A DNA stretch of 64,000 bases from the NCBI GenBank assembly GCA_049322915.1, contig JBMOPW010000014.1:1018774-1082773 (forward strand), given 5' to 3'. Shown here piece after piece: positions 30,201-38,679 of this stretch (position 1 is the stretch's first letter; each line of letters opens with the position of its first letter). Below the pieces are notes generated by a model, which saw only the letters and a program-made list of their open reading frames with translations, was not told where the DNA came from and searched no databases. The DNA comes from Candidatus Zhuqueibacterota bacterium. GTDB lineage: Bacteria > Zhuqueibacterota > Zhuqueibacteria > Thermofontimicrobiales > Thermofontimicrobiaceae. Position numbers and translations under genes: made by a program.

Positions 30201-30421
30201 GAAATGTCGCTATAATCCCATGTTGAAAGCCGATTGTCGTTGATGATGCCGTGTATCAATTTCCCCATATCCAGCATGCCAACTGCCAGATCGATGGAGT
30301 GAGTTGGTTTTTGCAGAGAAATATTTTGTTTATTCTTATTTTTATCAACGGCATAAACAGAAAAAATTCCGATCACCAGCATCAGAATTACTGTTAAGCC
30401 GAAGAGCACATATCGCTTCAT
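27269..30421 (-). CDS. Large secreted protein with Fn3-like module and T9SS/FlgD-type C-terminal domain
   Basis: Signal peptide. PPPTP..GDGKVTLYW..DFEGYKIYRS..YWYSVTAYD. C-terminal VVPNPY..FTNLP..IYTLSGE..YGCYLYVV..GKFVILK. Confidence 0.8.
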   Translation of the reverse strand: MKRYVLFGLTVILMLVIGIFSVYAVDKNKNKQNISLQKPTHSIDLAVGMLDMGKLIHGIINDNRLSTWDYSDISCVDYKGHSYIPELSMMIGVPQDPLWTPYTTDINGNLMLKGPSVSASIDGTGDDWGPKANSYGNVHSGDLTYGDVNSAATTLADFPLMATSVYPASWPKDANGYPYWPGLWAKDPVTGKITIDSVAATDFDFNNPTRPWKLCPTSDDTVLVGKFYSDKEIFFSMTEYDKNNQGLVYSESDGDTSQGYSLGIQMNISGLSYGRSYAEDIIFFPMQIINNSPYDYHGVYVGFYNDSDIPTRPHDNLDWMAFIANEYDVQNDTTYHYNMAFIYDYRYGTGDFPDSYYKAFPAIKLLETPPAPHDIDFENDGIIDRYQGEQLGITDWHWFEWGSRPGVIDNTRTELIQYKVISGDNTDISPEEEDAYFWPAPDGTLNKHFDSVEGFKEMFPGGTDCVFIMSSGPFDLASGDTTTFSFALVIGDDTTDVKFNARTAQFMYELNYQGADPPPTPTVSAVAGDGKVTLYWDDAAEKAIDLMSGYSDFEGYKIYRSTAPPTSNEWGDKIFDGYGVEVGFVPLAQFDLNNTVYGLDKQYPYLNLGSNTGIVHMYVDENVQNGKTYWYSVTAYDRGVSDDVTLNPDGWAPLNSLETAKGNNPSAVPNLVEVVPGKTPSNYVESDIEVAPLAGSYANHLFSIKIVDPYAITGHSYLISFDDSTSATKTFDMKDEDTGEFIIDNSTNIQGQVSQIIDGMTIAIDQKFESIQFDPDSSEWFHETMGTRSVGNWNFSGTFVVQRPYDYEIRFTDEPDTAFFPATYTIPFEIWNLTLNKKARFAHFPPPNPADTTQEMRNTWTSGDELKVQENGTFTITLKFTAPPILVITDIDTTFVTPDSMVFDTTITEQDTSVTPVTGDILRLVSGKPFDGSRDFFRVNTLAYMNRAVKLEDLEKIRVVPNPYMISAEWELDANYRKLAFTNLPSECDIHIYTLSGERVYSMHHESETEGWEWWNMLSFNQQEIAYGCYLYVVETPNGNKKIGKFVILK

Positions 30422-30504
30422 TTAGTATTCCTCCTAAAAGTAGAGAAGTGTGAAGTACATTTTGATCTGGAATTAACAAAAGATATCCATCGTCAGGGCG
30501 TCAA

Positions 30505-33500
30505 TCAGAATTCAAATCTAAAGCCGAGATCGATAGATCTGCCCTGCATCCAAAACCAGGGATGATCCCAGTTTGTGCTATAGTCGGTCCTGCTGTAGCC
30601 GGGATTCGGTTGAGTCGGGCTTCCAGTTTCAGAATACACGCTGAGAATATTTTTTCGATCAAACAGATTGTTCACACGGGCGATGATACCAGCTCGGATA
30701 TTTGTGAACATGGTAAAATCTTTTCGGAATACGGCATTCACGGTATAAACCATGGGACGCCTGGCTGTATTCGGCTCAAGAGATCGACCGCCAATGGAGG
30801 GCGTATAGGGATAACCGCTGCGCAATTGAATTGTATACTGCATCAGGAAATTTTCCAGTGGTTTAAAACCGAAAAGTTTCGGTCCTTGGTTTTTGAGCAG
30901 TTGAATTCCAAAATGCCCGGTGAGTTGGTGCGGTGCATCTACGCCGGAGAGATACTCTTTTTTGGCAACGGTTTCCGATGTCACGCCGTCCCAGTAGCCG
31001 GACCAGGAATAGAACTGGTTCATTTTTGACTGCGACAGGGTGTATTGCAGTTCGCCAAAATAGTTATCGCTGAACTGTTTTTCAATTGTGATATCTATAC
31101 CTTTGGAACTGCCGAAATCATTGTTGGTGATAATGCCGTATGAATAGCCGCCGAGACTGTCCGGATCAAAGCCAGAGATTCGGAAACTGCCGGCGTTGCC
31201 ATTATTCTCTTTCGCCCACGCGGCAACGCGAATGACCCAGAAATCGCTCATCTGGTAATCCACGCCGGCTTCGTAGGAGATGGTTCGCTGTGCATCCATG
31301 TGCGCCCATCCGAAGAAGGGAAGTGGCGAGTTCATATCCAGATGCTGGTTGGTGTACAAATCGCGATAGTCAGGCACCTGGAAGAAATGGCCGTAATTGA
31401 AATGGAATGTGGCGCGATCAGTGATCGGATGACCCACGCCAATTCGGGGGCTGATCTGATATTTTTTCTTGCCTTCATCAACGCCGGACGTGGGATCGGT
31501 CCAATCCGCCCAGGCGCGTCCTTTGGAATTGGCATAGTCCATCCGAACGCCGAGGTTGATGATGAAGTTTTTAAAATCCATTTTATCCTGGATATAAGCG
31601 CAGAATTCCTCGGGCTTTAAATGGTAGTAGGAAGGATAGCCATGAGCCAGCCAGGGATATTGATATTCGAGGAACATGATACCGCCCACTCCCTGGCCAA
31701 AAAGATCGTTCGTCAGACCGAACGTCTTGTATTCCAATCCCAATTTGATTTGATGCGAACGCTGTGCCTGCCATGTCATATCGCCTTTCAACTGAAGCGA
31801 TTGCTGGAAATTTTTTGCCCAGTATTGCTGGGGCGAACCGCGATAAACTTGTTTAATGCTGCCGTCTTCCAGCGTGTCATAGCGGACGAAGGTCAAGTCG
31901 TGATAGAAGCCATTGTTGGAGGTTGGCGTTGGGTATTCTTGGGGGCCAAAATCAACCCAGTAATTGGGATCATCATAGAAGACCTGATAGGCTTCGGAGA
32001 ATTCGTCGGCATGGCCGGGTGTGAGTTCATGGCCGTCGATGCCGTGAACGCTGTAGGAGCGCGATTTGTAAAAGCGCGACCCGCGAATTTCATAAAACAG
32101 CTTTGGCGAAACCTGATGGGTGAAAATAAACGTCTGCTGATCCGTGCGGTCATCCAGCACATTCAATCCGCTCTCCGCCCAGGTATAGGCCGATGACCAA
32201 CTCCGCTGCACGCGCTGATTGAAGCGCAACGGGATGATGAGCTTCATGTTGGGAGTAATGCGCCACGCCAACTTCGCAGTGATGTCCCAGTTTTTGTTGA
32301 AGCCAAAACTGCGCCAGCCTTCAATATCATCCCAGGCATGGAGCTCAGCGTGACCATCTCCGTCCCAATCATCCCGATAGCGCCAAGCCTTTCGCCATGC
32401 GCCTGTATTCCATTCGCGAAGCACATCGCCGGCATAATAGTAGCTTTCATTCTTGCGAAGCTGTTCGATGTTTTTCACTTCAGTGATAATGCCTTTTTCA
32501 ATCTGTTCAACAATCTTTTGATGAACAGGATTGTCTGGATTATCGATGATGGAATTGATCGGCGTGGGATCATAGGTATGATCGTCGAATTCGTAATAGT
32601 AGGGTTTCTTGTAGCCCTGTTCCCCTGAGAAGAAGAACGACATGCCCCTGATGAAAGGAATAGGCCCGCTGATGGAGCCGATAACCTGATGGGCGTCTCG
32701 TACATCATCCGCCTTTGAGAAAAGTCCGGTGATATCACTGGAGTTATATTCGGTAACGATGTTGTACCTGGTGCCGCCCTCTTTGGTGACGATATTCACC
32801 ACGGCAGATTGGGCTTCGCCGTATTCGGCATCGAATGCACCGATGATCGTCGTGAGTTCCTGAATGGCTTCCCTGTTGACGCTTGTGCCCATACCGGCAT
32901 AGATCGCGTCTTCCACGTACATGCCGTCCACCATGTATGCGATCTCACCGCTTCGTCCACCGCGGACATGCACCTGATCGATACCACGGGTTTCGAATCC
33001 AGTGATTTTATTGCCTTCGTCCATGATGATAACGCCGGACTGCATGGCCATGATTTCCTGCGCCGAACGCACCGGCATGTTTTCAATCATATCGGAGGTA
33101 ATGGTCGCGCGCTTGCTGGTGATTTGTGGCTCGATCAATGGCCGTTCGGCCGTGACGGTCACGGCTTCGCCCAATTCCATCACAGTGGGCTTGAGCGTAA
33201 AGTTCACCTTCACTGTCAAGTCGACATGGACTTCGATTTGAGTGGACTGACCCTGATACCCCATCATGGTTGTCTTGATGGTATATTTTCCAGGCGGAAC
33301 GTTGATGATGAAGAAGTAGCCATCCATATCGGTGGATGAACCCATCGTGGAATTTTCTAAAATCACATTGGCTCCGGGCAATGGATCTCCTGTTTCAGCA
33401 TCTTTGACAAATCCTGAAACTTTGCCTGTGGTTCCTGAATGAAGATGAGAACCCAGGAACAGAAGAACTAAGATACCAAGAGCGCTACACAGTAACATTT

Positions 33501-33513
33501 TTTTGAGACGCAA
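30505..33513 (-). CDS. TonB-dependent receptor with N-terminal carboxypeptidase-regulatory-like domain
   Basis: GTTGKVSG..GDPLPGANV..INVPPGKY, plug HVRGGRSGE, FDAEYG, SPRIG, FNYGHFFQ, terminal GFRFEF. TTG 33513 after GGAGG. Confidence 0.9.
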   Translation of the reverse strand: MRLKKMLLCSALGILVLLFLGSHLHSGTTGKVSGFVKDAETGDPLPGANVILENSTMGSSTDMDGYFFIINVPPGKYTIKTTMMGYQGQSTQIEVHVDLTVKVNFTLKPTVMELGEAVTVTAERPLIEPQITSKRATITSDMIENMPVRSAQEIMAMQSGVIIMDEGNKITGFETRGIDQVHVRGGRSGEIAYMVDGMYVEDAIYAGMGTSVNREAIQELTTIIGAFDAEYGEAQSAVVNIVTKEGGTRYNIVTEYNSSDITGLFSKADDVRDAHQVIGSISGPIPFIRGMSFFFSGEQGYKKPYYYEFDDHTYDPTPINSIIDNPDNPVHQKIVEQIEKGIITEVKNIEQLRKNESYYYAGDVLREWNTGAWRKAWRYRDDWDGDGHAELHAWDDIEGWRSFGFNKNWDITAKLAWRITPNMKLIIPLRFNQRVQRSWSSAYTWAESGLNVLDDRTDQQTFIFTHQVSPKLFYEIRGSRFYKSRSYSVHGIDGHELTPGHADEFSEAYQVFYDDPNYWVDFGPQEYPTPTSNNGFYHDLTFVRYDTLEDGSIKQVYRGSPQQYWAKNFQQSLQLKGDMTWQAQRSHQIKLGLEYKTFGLTNDLFGQGVGGIMFLEYQYPWLAHGYPSYYHLKPEEFCAYIQDKMDFKNFIINLGVRMDYANSKGRAWADWTDPTSGVDEGKKKYQISPRIGVGHPITDRATFHFNYGHFFQVPDYRDLYTNQHLDMNSPLPFFGWAHMDAQRTISYEAGVDYQMSDFWVIRVAAWAKENNGNAGSFRISGFDPDSLGGYSYGIITNNDFGSSKGIDITIEKQFSDNYFGELQYTLSQSKMNQFYSWSGYWDGVTSETVAKKEYLSGVDAPHQLTGHFGIQLLKNQGPKLFGFKPLENFLMQYTIQLRSGYPYTPSIGGRSLEPNTARRPMVYTVNAVFRKDFTMFTNIRAGIIARVNNLFDRKNILSVYSETGSPTQPNPGYSRTDYSTNWDHPWFWMQGRSIDLGFRFEF

Positions 33514-33597
33514 TGTCAGTTCCTCCCTTAATTGGTTCATAAAATGTATAATTTATTTTGAAACTTTTAATTTTCTCGTTCGTTACAAGGAAAGCAC

Positions 33598-33630
33598 AAA
33601 AAAAGACGCCTGCCCGGAATACTCCGGCAG
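33598..33630 (-). terminator. Terminator-like hairpin inside the predicted 5' leader of the TonB receptor operon
   Basis: Minus strand CTGCCGGA-GTAT-TCCGGGCAG-GCGTC-TTTTTTT. Confidence 0.45.
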
Positions 33631-33720
33631 TGATCACAATTTTTGTGTATATAAGATTAAGGTCATAGGTGGTCCTTCGCCCATTCCATCTATGACCTTT
33701 TTTATTAACTGTCCCAAAGA

Positions 33721-33736
33721 TGCAAGATTAATGCCA
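33721..33736 (-). promoter_or_regulatory. Sigma54 (-24/-12) promoter for the TonB receptor operon
   Basis: Minus strand TGGCATTAATCTTGCA, one mismatch from TGGCAC-N5-TTGCA. Divergent from a sigma54 activator gene. Confidence 0.8.
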
Positions 33737-34037
33737 TTTTTGTAACATCTCTTTTTGAGCTTTAACTTCAAAATTTTTAATAAAAATAAACCAATAGATT
33801 CCCCCCATTATTTATTTCATGCAAATCACTGCACGAATCCTGGTGAATGATTTTGCACGCTGTTCAGACTCGGAAGATACCTGATGAATGGTCTGTCAGC
33901 TTTGTTCAACATTAAACATGTGTATCAGCGTGGAACAGGACTTCGCCTTACAATATCATTATTGTAACTTCTTAGGTATGTTATTAATTAGAAGATAATT
34001 AGAAGATTGAGCCCCGAAGAAATGGGTCATCTTGTGA

Positions 34038-34053
34038 TGGCATGGTATTTGTC
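34038..34053 (+). promoter_or_regulatory. Possible degenerate sigma54 promoter for the second NtrC-type gene
   Basis: TGGCATGGTATTTGTC: good -24 box, but TTGT rather than TTGC at -12. Confidence 0.35.
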
Positions 34054-34092
34054 TTTTGTCAAAGATGAATTCAACGAGACGAAAGGGAGATT

Positions 34093-35586
34093 ATGAAAGA
34101 GTGCCAGACCATCCTGCTGATTGATGACGATTTTGATATGCATACCATCTGCAAACGGTATATTGAAAAAGGCGGTTACCAGTTTTTATCAGCGAGAAAT
34201 GGCAGGGAAGGATTGGAGATCATCAAGGCCGGGCGGGCTGATCTGGTGCTGCTTGATTACATGATGCCGGAATTGGATGGGGCTGAAGTATTTCAAATTT
34301 TAAGAAACGAGCCGCATTTTGAGCATGTGCGGGACGTGCCGGTTATCATCATGACAGTTCTGTCGGACAATTATGTTGAAAAATCCGAATTGCTCAAATC
34401 CGGTGTTGCGCTCTTTCTGCAGAAACCGTTTGGATTCAAGGAATTAATCGACATCATCGATAACGTGTTTGTCACGACTGCCATTCGTAAAAAGCAACGC
34501 GAGGTTGAAGCTCAAAAGATCGAGGAAGCGGAGCGGCTCTTTGATGAAAATAAGCTACTCAAAAATCAATTCCAGGAAAAGTACAGCTTCAATAATATTG
34601 TCACCATCAATTCAAAGATGCGGCAGATTTTCGACAAGATTGTGAAGATTGCCCATACCGATGCCAACATCCTGATTTATGGCGAGAGCGGGACCGGGAA
34701 AGAACTCATCGCGCGGTCCATCCACGCCACCAGTTCGCGGAAAGATTTTTCGTTCGTGCCGGTCGACTGCGTTGCATTGCCGGCATCGTTGATGGAAAGT
34801 GAATTATTCGGGTATGAACGGGGCGCGTTCACCGGCGCAGTGAATGCGAAAGGCGGTCTGATCGAGTTGGCCAACAAAGGCACATTTTTCCTTGACGAGA
34901 TTTGCGAGCTGAATTTCGATTTGCAGGCCAAGTTGCTCCGCGTCCTGCAGGAGCGCCAATTCCGCCGGCTCGGTGGCAAGAAATTGATTCATGTGGATAT
35001 CCGCATCATCTCCGCGACCAATAAAAATCCCGAAAGAGCCATGATGGAAAATCAGCTCCGGGAAGATTTATATTACCGGCTGAATGTCATTCCCATTCAT
35101 GTGCCGCCGCTTCGGGAGCGCAAGGAAGACATCCCGTTGCTCGCCGAGCATTTTATCAAGCGGTTCTCCAGCCATAATGGAAATCACAAGATCCAATTAT
35201 CCGATCAGGCAATGGATATTATAACTGAGTACCAATGGCCGGGCAATGTTCGGGAATTGCAAAATTTAATGGAGCGTTTGGTGTCGCTGGCCAACAGCGA
35301 TGTGGTGGACGTCGATGATTTACCCAAAGAAATTCTTGAAAATTATGAAATACAGCATACGGTCCTTTCCAATGACCTGCCGCTGAAAGATGCGCGCCGC
35401 CAATGGATCGCTCAGTTCGAACGAAATTACCTGCTCAATCTTTTGATGCGATGCGACGGCAATATCTCCAAAGTCGCCCGAATTGCTCAGGTGAACCGGA
35501 TGACTATTTATCGGCTGCTCAGCACCTACAATATCAGTTTCAAAAAGTCCATCATCCAGAATGAGCCGGCCGGATCATTTCGATAA
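34093..35586 (+). CDS. Sigma54-dependent response regulator (REC-AAA+-Fis HTH)
   Basis: LIDDD and LDYMMP receiver, GESGTGKE, ESELFGYERGAFTGA, WPGNVRELQN, HTH GNISKVARIAQVNRMTIYR. Confidence 0.95.
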   Translation: MKECQTILLIDDDFDMHTICKRYIEKGGYQFLSARNGREGLEIIKAGRADLVLLDYMMPELDGAEVFQILRNEPHFEHVRDVPVIIMTVLSDNYVEKSELLKSGVALFLQKPFGFKELIDIIDNVFVTTAIRKKQREVEAQKIEEAERLFDENKLLKNQFQEKYSFNNIVTINSKMRQIFDKIVKIAHTDANILIYGESGTGKELIARSIHATSSRKDFSFVPVDCVALPASLMESELFGYERGAFTGAVNAKGGLIELANKGTFFLDEICELNFDLQAKLLRVLQERQFRRLGGKKLIHVDIRIISATNKNPERAMMENQLREDLYYRLNVIPIHVPPLRERKEDIPLLAEHFIKRFSSHNGNHKIQLSDQAMDIITEYQWPGNVRELQNLMERLVSLANSDVVDVDDLPKEILENYEIQHTVLSNDLPLKDARRQWIAQFERNYLLNLLMRCDGNISKVARIAQVNRMTIYRLLSTYNISFKKSIIQNEPAGSFR

Positions 35587-35601
35587 ACCGTTATTGGCTT
35601 G

Positions 35602-35644
35602 AAAAAAAACGTTCCCGCAATGCCTGTGGGAACGCTTCATTTTT
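35602..35644. terminator. Bidirectional terminator between convergent genes
   Basis: A8-CGTTCCCGCA-ATGCC-TGTGGGAACG followed by a T-rich tail. Confidence 0.7.
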
Positions 35645-35678
35645 GGAGTACACTATCATTGAAAAAACAATAGGCGCG

Positions 35679-36971
35679 TCATCTATTTCCTTCTGTTATT
35701 TCCATCGCGAAATTCTCCATCTCACCCAGATTCCTTAAATCCAGATATTCATCGTCATCTACCGGCAGCGCCAACTGGGTCAGCATAGGATCCTCCCCCA
35801 GTTCGTCGATTCCAATCACTTTGATTTCCTGAATTGGCCCGTTCAGAAAATCCCCGCCCTTGCGCATGAGAAATGTCACACTGAGCAGCATCAGAACCAT
35901 CTGGCCGACGCCGATGAACGCATCGACAGTGTGACCATGTCTCAGCAAAATAGCGGTGAGACCGAACACTGTGGTCAGGATGAAAATCATCAGGGACGTC
36001 TGCCAGGCGGAAAAACCCACGGCCAACAACCGATGATGCATGTGGTCCCGGCCGGTGTAATCGAGAAACTCGCGGATGGAATGAACTTTTTGAGTGACGA
36101 TGCGGGAGACCATCACATAGCCCAGGTCGAAGATGAGAATGCCCAGAATGAGGAGCGGAATGCTGATGGCCTTGATGGTATTGCCTTCGGCCCACTCGCC
36201 CATGAGCGCGAAGACCGCCAGTAGGAATCCGATGAACGTCGAGCCGCTGTCGCCCAGGAAAATCAACGCCGGCCGATTCCTTCGAAAATTATACGGGATA
36301 AATCCGAGACAGGCGCCCATCAGCGAAATGGCTAAGAGCGTGAGGGTGTGCTGATGGGTCTGGATGGCGATGATGCTGAAAATCAACGAGCAGATAATCC
36401 CGATGCCGGACGCCACGCCGTCGAGGCCATCCATGAAATTGAACGCGTTGGTAATGCCGATCACCCAGGCAAACGTCAACACACAGTCCAGAAGGATACC
36501 CCATGTCGTGTCCGGGAACAGGTTCAAAATAATGCCGGATTTTATCAGGATGAATGTGGCGATGATTTGGCCTGCCAGTCGGACTTGTGGTGACAGGCCG
36601 CGGATATCGTCTATCAATCCCATGACAATGATCAACCCGGCCGCCAGAAGCACGCCCCGCAATTCATACGAAAAATACAGGCTCAGACAGAGCGCTGCCA
36701 CAAATGAAATGAAAATTGCCAGTCCGCCCATGAGCGGGGTGGCCTTCGAGTGAAATTTTCGGGAAGCATTGGGCTCATCCACAGCTTTCAATTTCCGGGC
36801 GAATGGCCGCATGAGGGGCGTGAGGATCAGCGACGACAGGAATGAAAAGCCGAGAAGAAATAGCCACATCATATTCTGCCGGAAGAACCAGAATTGCGCA
36901 TTTCCAAAGAACAACCAAACAACACTGACCAGCCAGATTGCCGCACAGGAAAAGTACCACATGGAAATCAT
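35679..36971 (-). CDS. Undecaprenyl-phosphate alpha-N-acetylglucosaminyl 1-phosphate transferase (WecA/TagO, MraY family)
   Basis: TPLMGGLAI, GLIDD, NAFNFMDGLDG, IFLGDSGS, DHMHHRL. Multi-TM with an acidic C-terminal tail. Confidence 0.9.
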   Translation of the reverse strand: MISMWYFSCAAIWLVSVVWLFFGNAQFWFFRQNMMWLFLLGFSFLSSLILTPLMRPFARKLKAVDEPNASRKFHSKATPLMGGLAIFISFVAALCLSLYFSYELRGVLLAAGLIIVMGLIDDIRGLSPQVRLAGQIIATFILIKSGIILNLFPDTTWGILLDCVLTFAWVIGITNAFNFMDGLDGVASGIGIICSLIFSIIAIQTHQHTLTLLAISLMGACLGFIPYNFRRNRPALIFLGDSGSTFIGFLLAVFALMGEWAEGNTIKAISIPLLILGILIFDLGYVMVSRIVTQKVHSIREFLDYTGRDHMHHRLLAVGFSAWQTSLMIFILTTVFGLTAILLRHGHTVDAFIGVGQMVLMLLSVTFLMRKGGDFLNGPIQEIKVIGIDELGEDPMLTQLALPVDDDEYLDLRNLGEMENFAMEITEGNR

Positions 36972-38041
36972 ACCGTCTCTCTCACAATTTTATTGAATGT
37001 TTCGACAATATAGGCCTGTTCGTCAGAGGTCAGCCCGGGATAGATCGGCAGGGAAATCGCTTGATCGTAGACGGTGTCCGTGATGGGGCAGGCCTTTGTT
37101 TTCACAAAATGATGGAGCGGTTTGAAAATAGGTCGCCGGCAACTGATGCCGGCCGCATTCATTTTGATGATTATTTTATCGGCACGAATGGGTACTTTTA
37201 TAACATAACGGTAATAGATGTGGCTATTATTTTTCGGGACTTTTGGCAATGCGACCGGCAGGTCGCGAAACGCTTCTGTGTACGCGGCGGCTAAACTTTT
37301 GCGCGTCTGAATGAATTCGTCCAATCGGGCAAACTGGCTCAACCCCAGCGATGCATGGATGTCGCTCATTTTGTAATTGTAACGCAGCATGAAATTTTCC
37401 TTCTCATCCACCTCGCGCAGATCGCGGATTTTCTCCGTCACTGATTTTGAACGCGCGCAGACCATGCCGCCTTCGCCGCAGGCAATGACTTTGGTGGCGT
37501 AAAACGAGCAGACCGTCAAAGCGCCGCAACTGCCGGCCAGTCGGCCATCGCGGGAAGCGCCAAGCGATTGGGCGCAATCTTCGATGATGGGGATGTCGAG
37601 AGACTGGATCGGTTCCATCTCGACCGGGCAACCGAACAGATGGGGCACAATCACAGCTTTTGTACGCGGGGTGACTTTTCGGTGCAAGTCGTGAATATCC
37701 AGATTCATGGACTCGAAATCCGTATCGATGAGCAATGGCGATGCGCCGACATACCGGAGCGCGTGCAGCAGGGAGACGCAGACGTAACTGGGAATGGCGA
37801 CCTCATGGCCTCGCCCGATGTTCAAACCCAGCAACGCCAGGTGCAGGGCGGTTGTGCCTGAATTCGTGGCCACTGCGCCGGCCAGGGAAAAGAAGCCGGC
37901 GAGTTTTGCCTCAAACTCTTCGACATAATAGCCGCCGGATAGCCTGCGCTCCGAAAGCGCCCGGGTTACGGATGCTATGTCAGTCTGGTCGATACTTGGT
38001 TTCGAATGCGGGATCATGATTCCTGCCGTTCGCTGGGACAT
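36968..38041 (-). CDS. DegT/DnrJ/EryC1/StrS PLP-dependent sugar aminotransferase
   Basis: NSGTTALHLAL, IEDCAQSLG, SFYATK, GEGG, YNYKMSD, SLPIYP. Start is either 38041 or 38017. Confidence 0.9.
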   Translation of the reverse strand: MSQRTAGIMIPHSKPSIDQTDIASVTRALSERRLSGGYYVEEFEAKLAGFFSLAGAVATNSGTTALHLALLGLNIGRGHEVAIPSYVCVSLLHALRYVGASPLLIDTDFESMNLDIHDLHRKVTPRTKAVIVPHLFGCPVEMEPIQSLDIPIIEDCAQSLGASRDGRLAGSCGALTVCSFYATKVIACGEGGMVCARSKSVTEKIRDLREVDEKENFMLRYNYKMSDIHASLGLSQFARLDEFIQTRKSLAAAYTEAFRDLPVALPKVPKNNSHIYYRYVIKVPIRADKIIIKMNAAGISCRRPIFKPLHHFVKTKACPITDTVYDQAISLPIYPGLTSDEQAYIVETFNKIVRETV

Positions 38042-38679
38042 CAAATGGCTGTTTCGCCGGTGTTCATTTCCAGCGTGAGCCGCTGGGCCAAAAACGCCTC
38101 GGCGTATTTCAATCGGCCCTGAATTCCCCGAAAATTGACATTGGAGTGGGCCATTTCCATGATGTTCAAATTGCGAATATTGGTTTTTGTGATTTGCGAA
38201 TGATGGGCCTCAAGCAATCTTTTCTTCTCTTCCAGCACTTCTTCGATATCGACGAAAATTGTGGGATTGAAATTCTGAGTGGTTGGCCCTTCATAAAACA
38301 GAAAATTTCGGACATACCGCCCGGCGGTGATGGAACATTGCGCCAGAGTCCGATGATCTTGATGGGTGTCATCGTAATAATGCACAAACACGTAATCCGC
38401 ATGGATGATGTGCATGATATTTTCCAGATCGGAGATGAGCTTCTGGTGCATGGGAATAGCCGTGTCCTGATAACCGCCCCAGAAAATGCGCTTCACTCCC
38501 ATCACCTCGCACGATTTGATCTGCTCCTGTTTCCGATCCGTGCCGTTCCTGCCAAACTCGCCGTTGGTGGCAACGAAGACAAAAATTTCATTCCGCGGGT
38601 CCTTGGCCCATTTGAGCAGGACGCCGCCGCAGCCATATTCAACATCGTCGGGATGCGCTCCAATTGCCAGTATATTCAT
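38041..38679 (-). CDS. PIG-L family deacetylase
   Basis: IGAHPDDVEYGCGG, DTHQDH, YAEAF. Start trimmed to MNILAIG. Confidence 0.9.
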   Translation of the reverse strand: MNILAIGAHPDDVEYGCGGVLLKWAKDPRNEIFVFVATNGEFGRNGTDRKQEQIKSCEVMGVKRIFWGGYQDTAIPMHQKLISDLENIMHIIHADYVFVHYYDDTHQDHRTLAQCSITAGRYVRNFLFYEGPTTQNFNPTIFVDIEEVLEEKKRLLEAHHSQITKTNIRNLNIMEMAHSNVNFRGIQGRLKYAEAFLAQRLTLEMNTGETAI

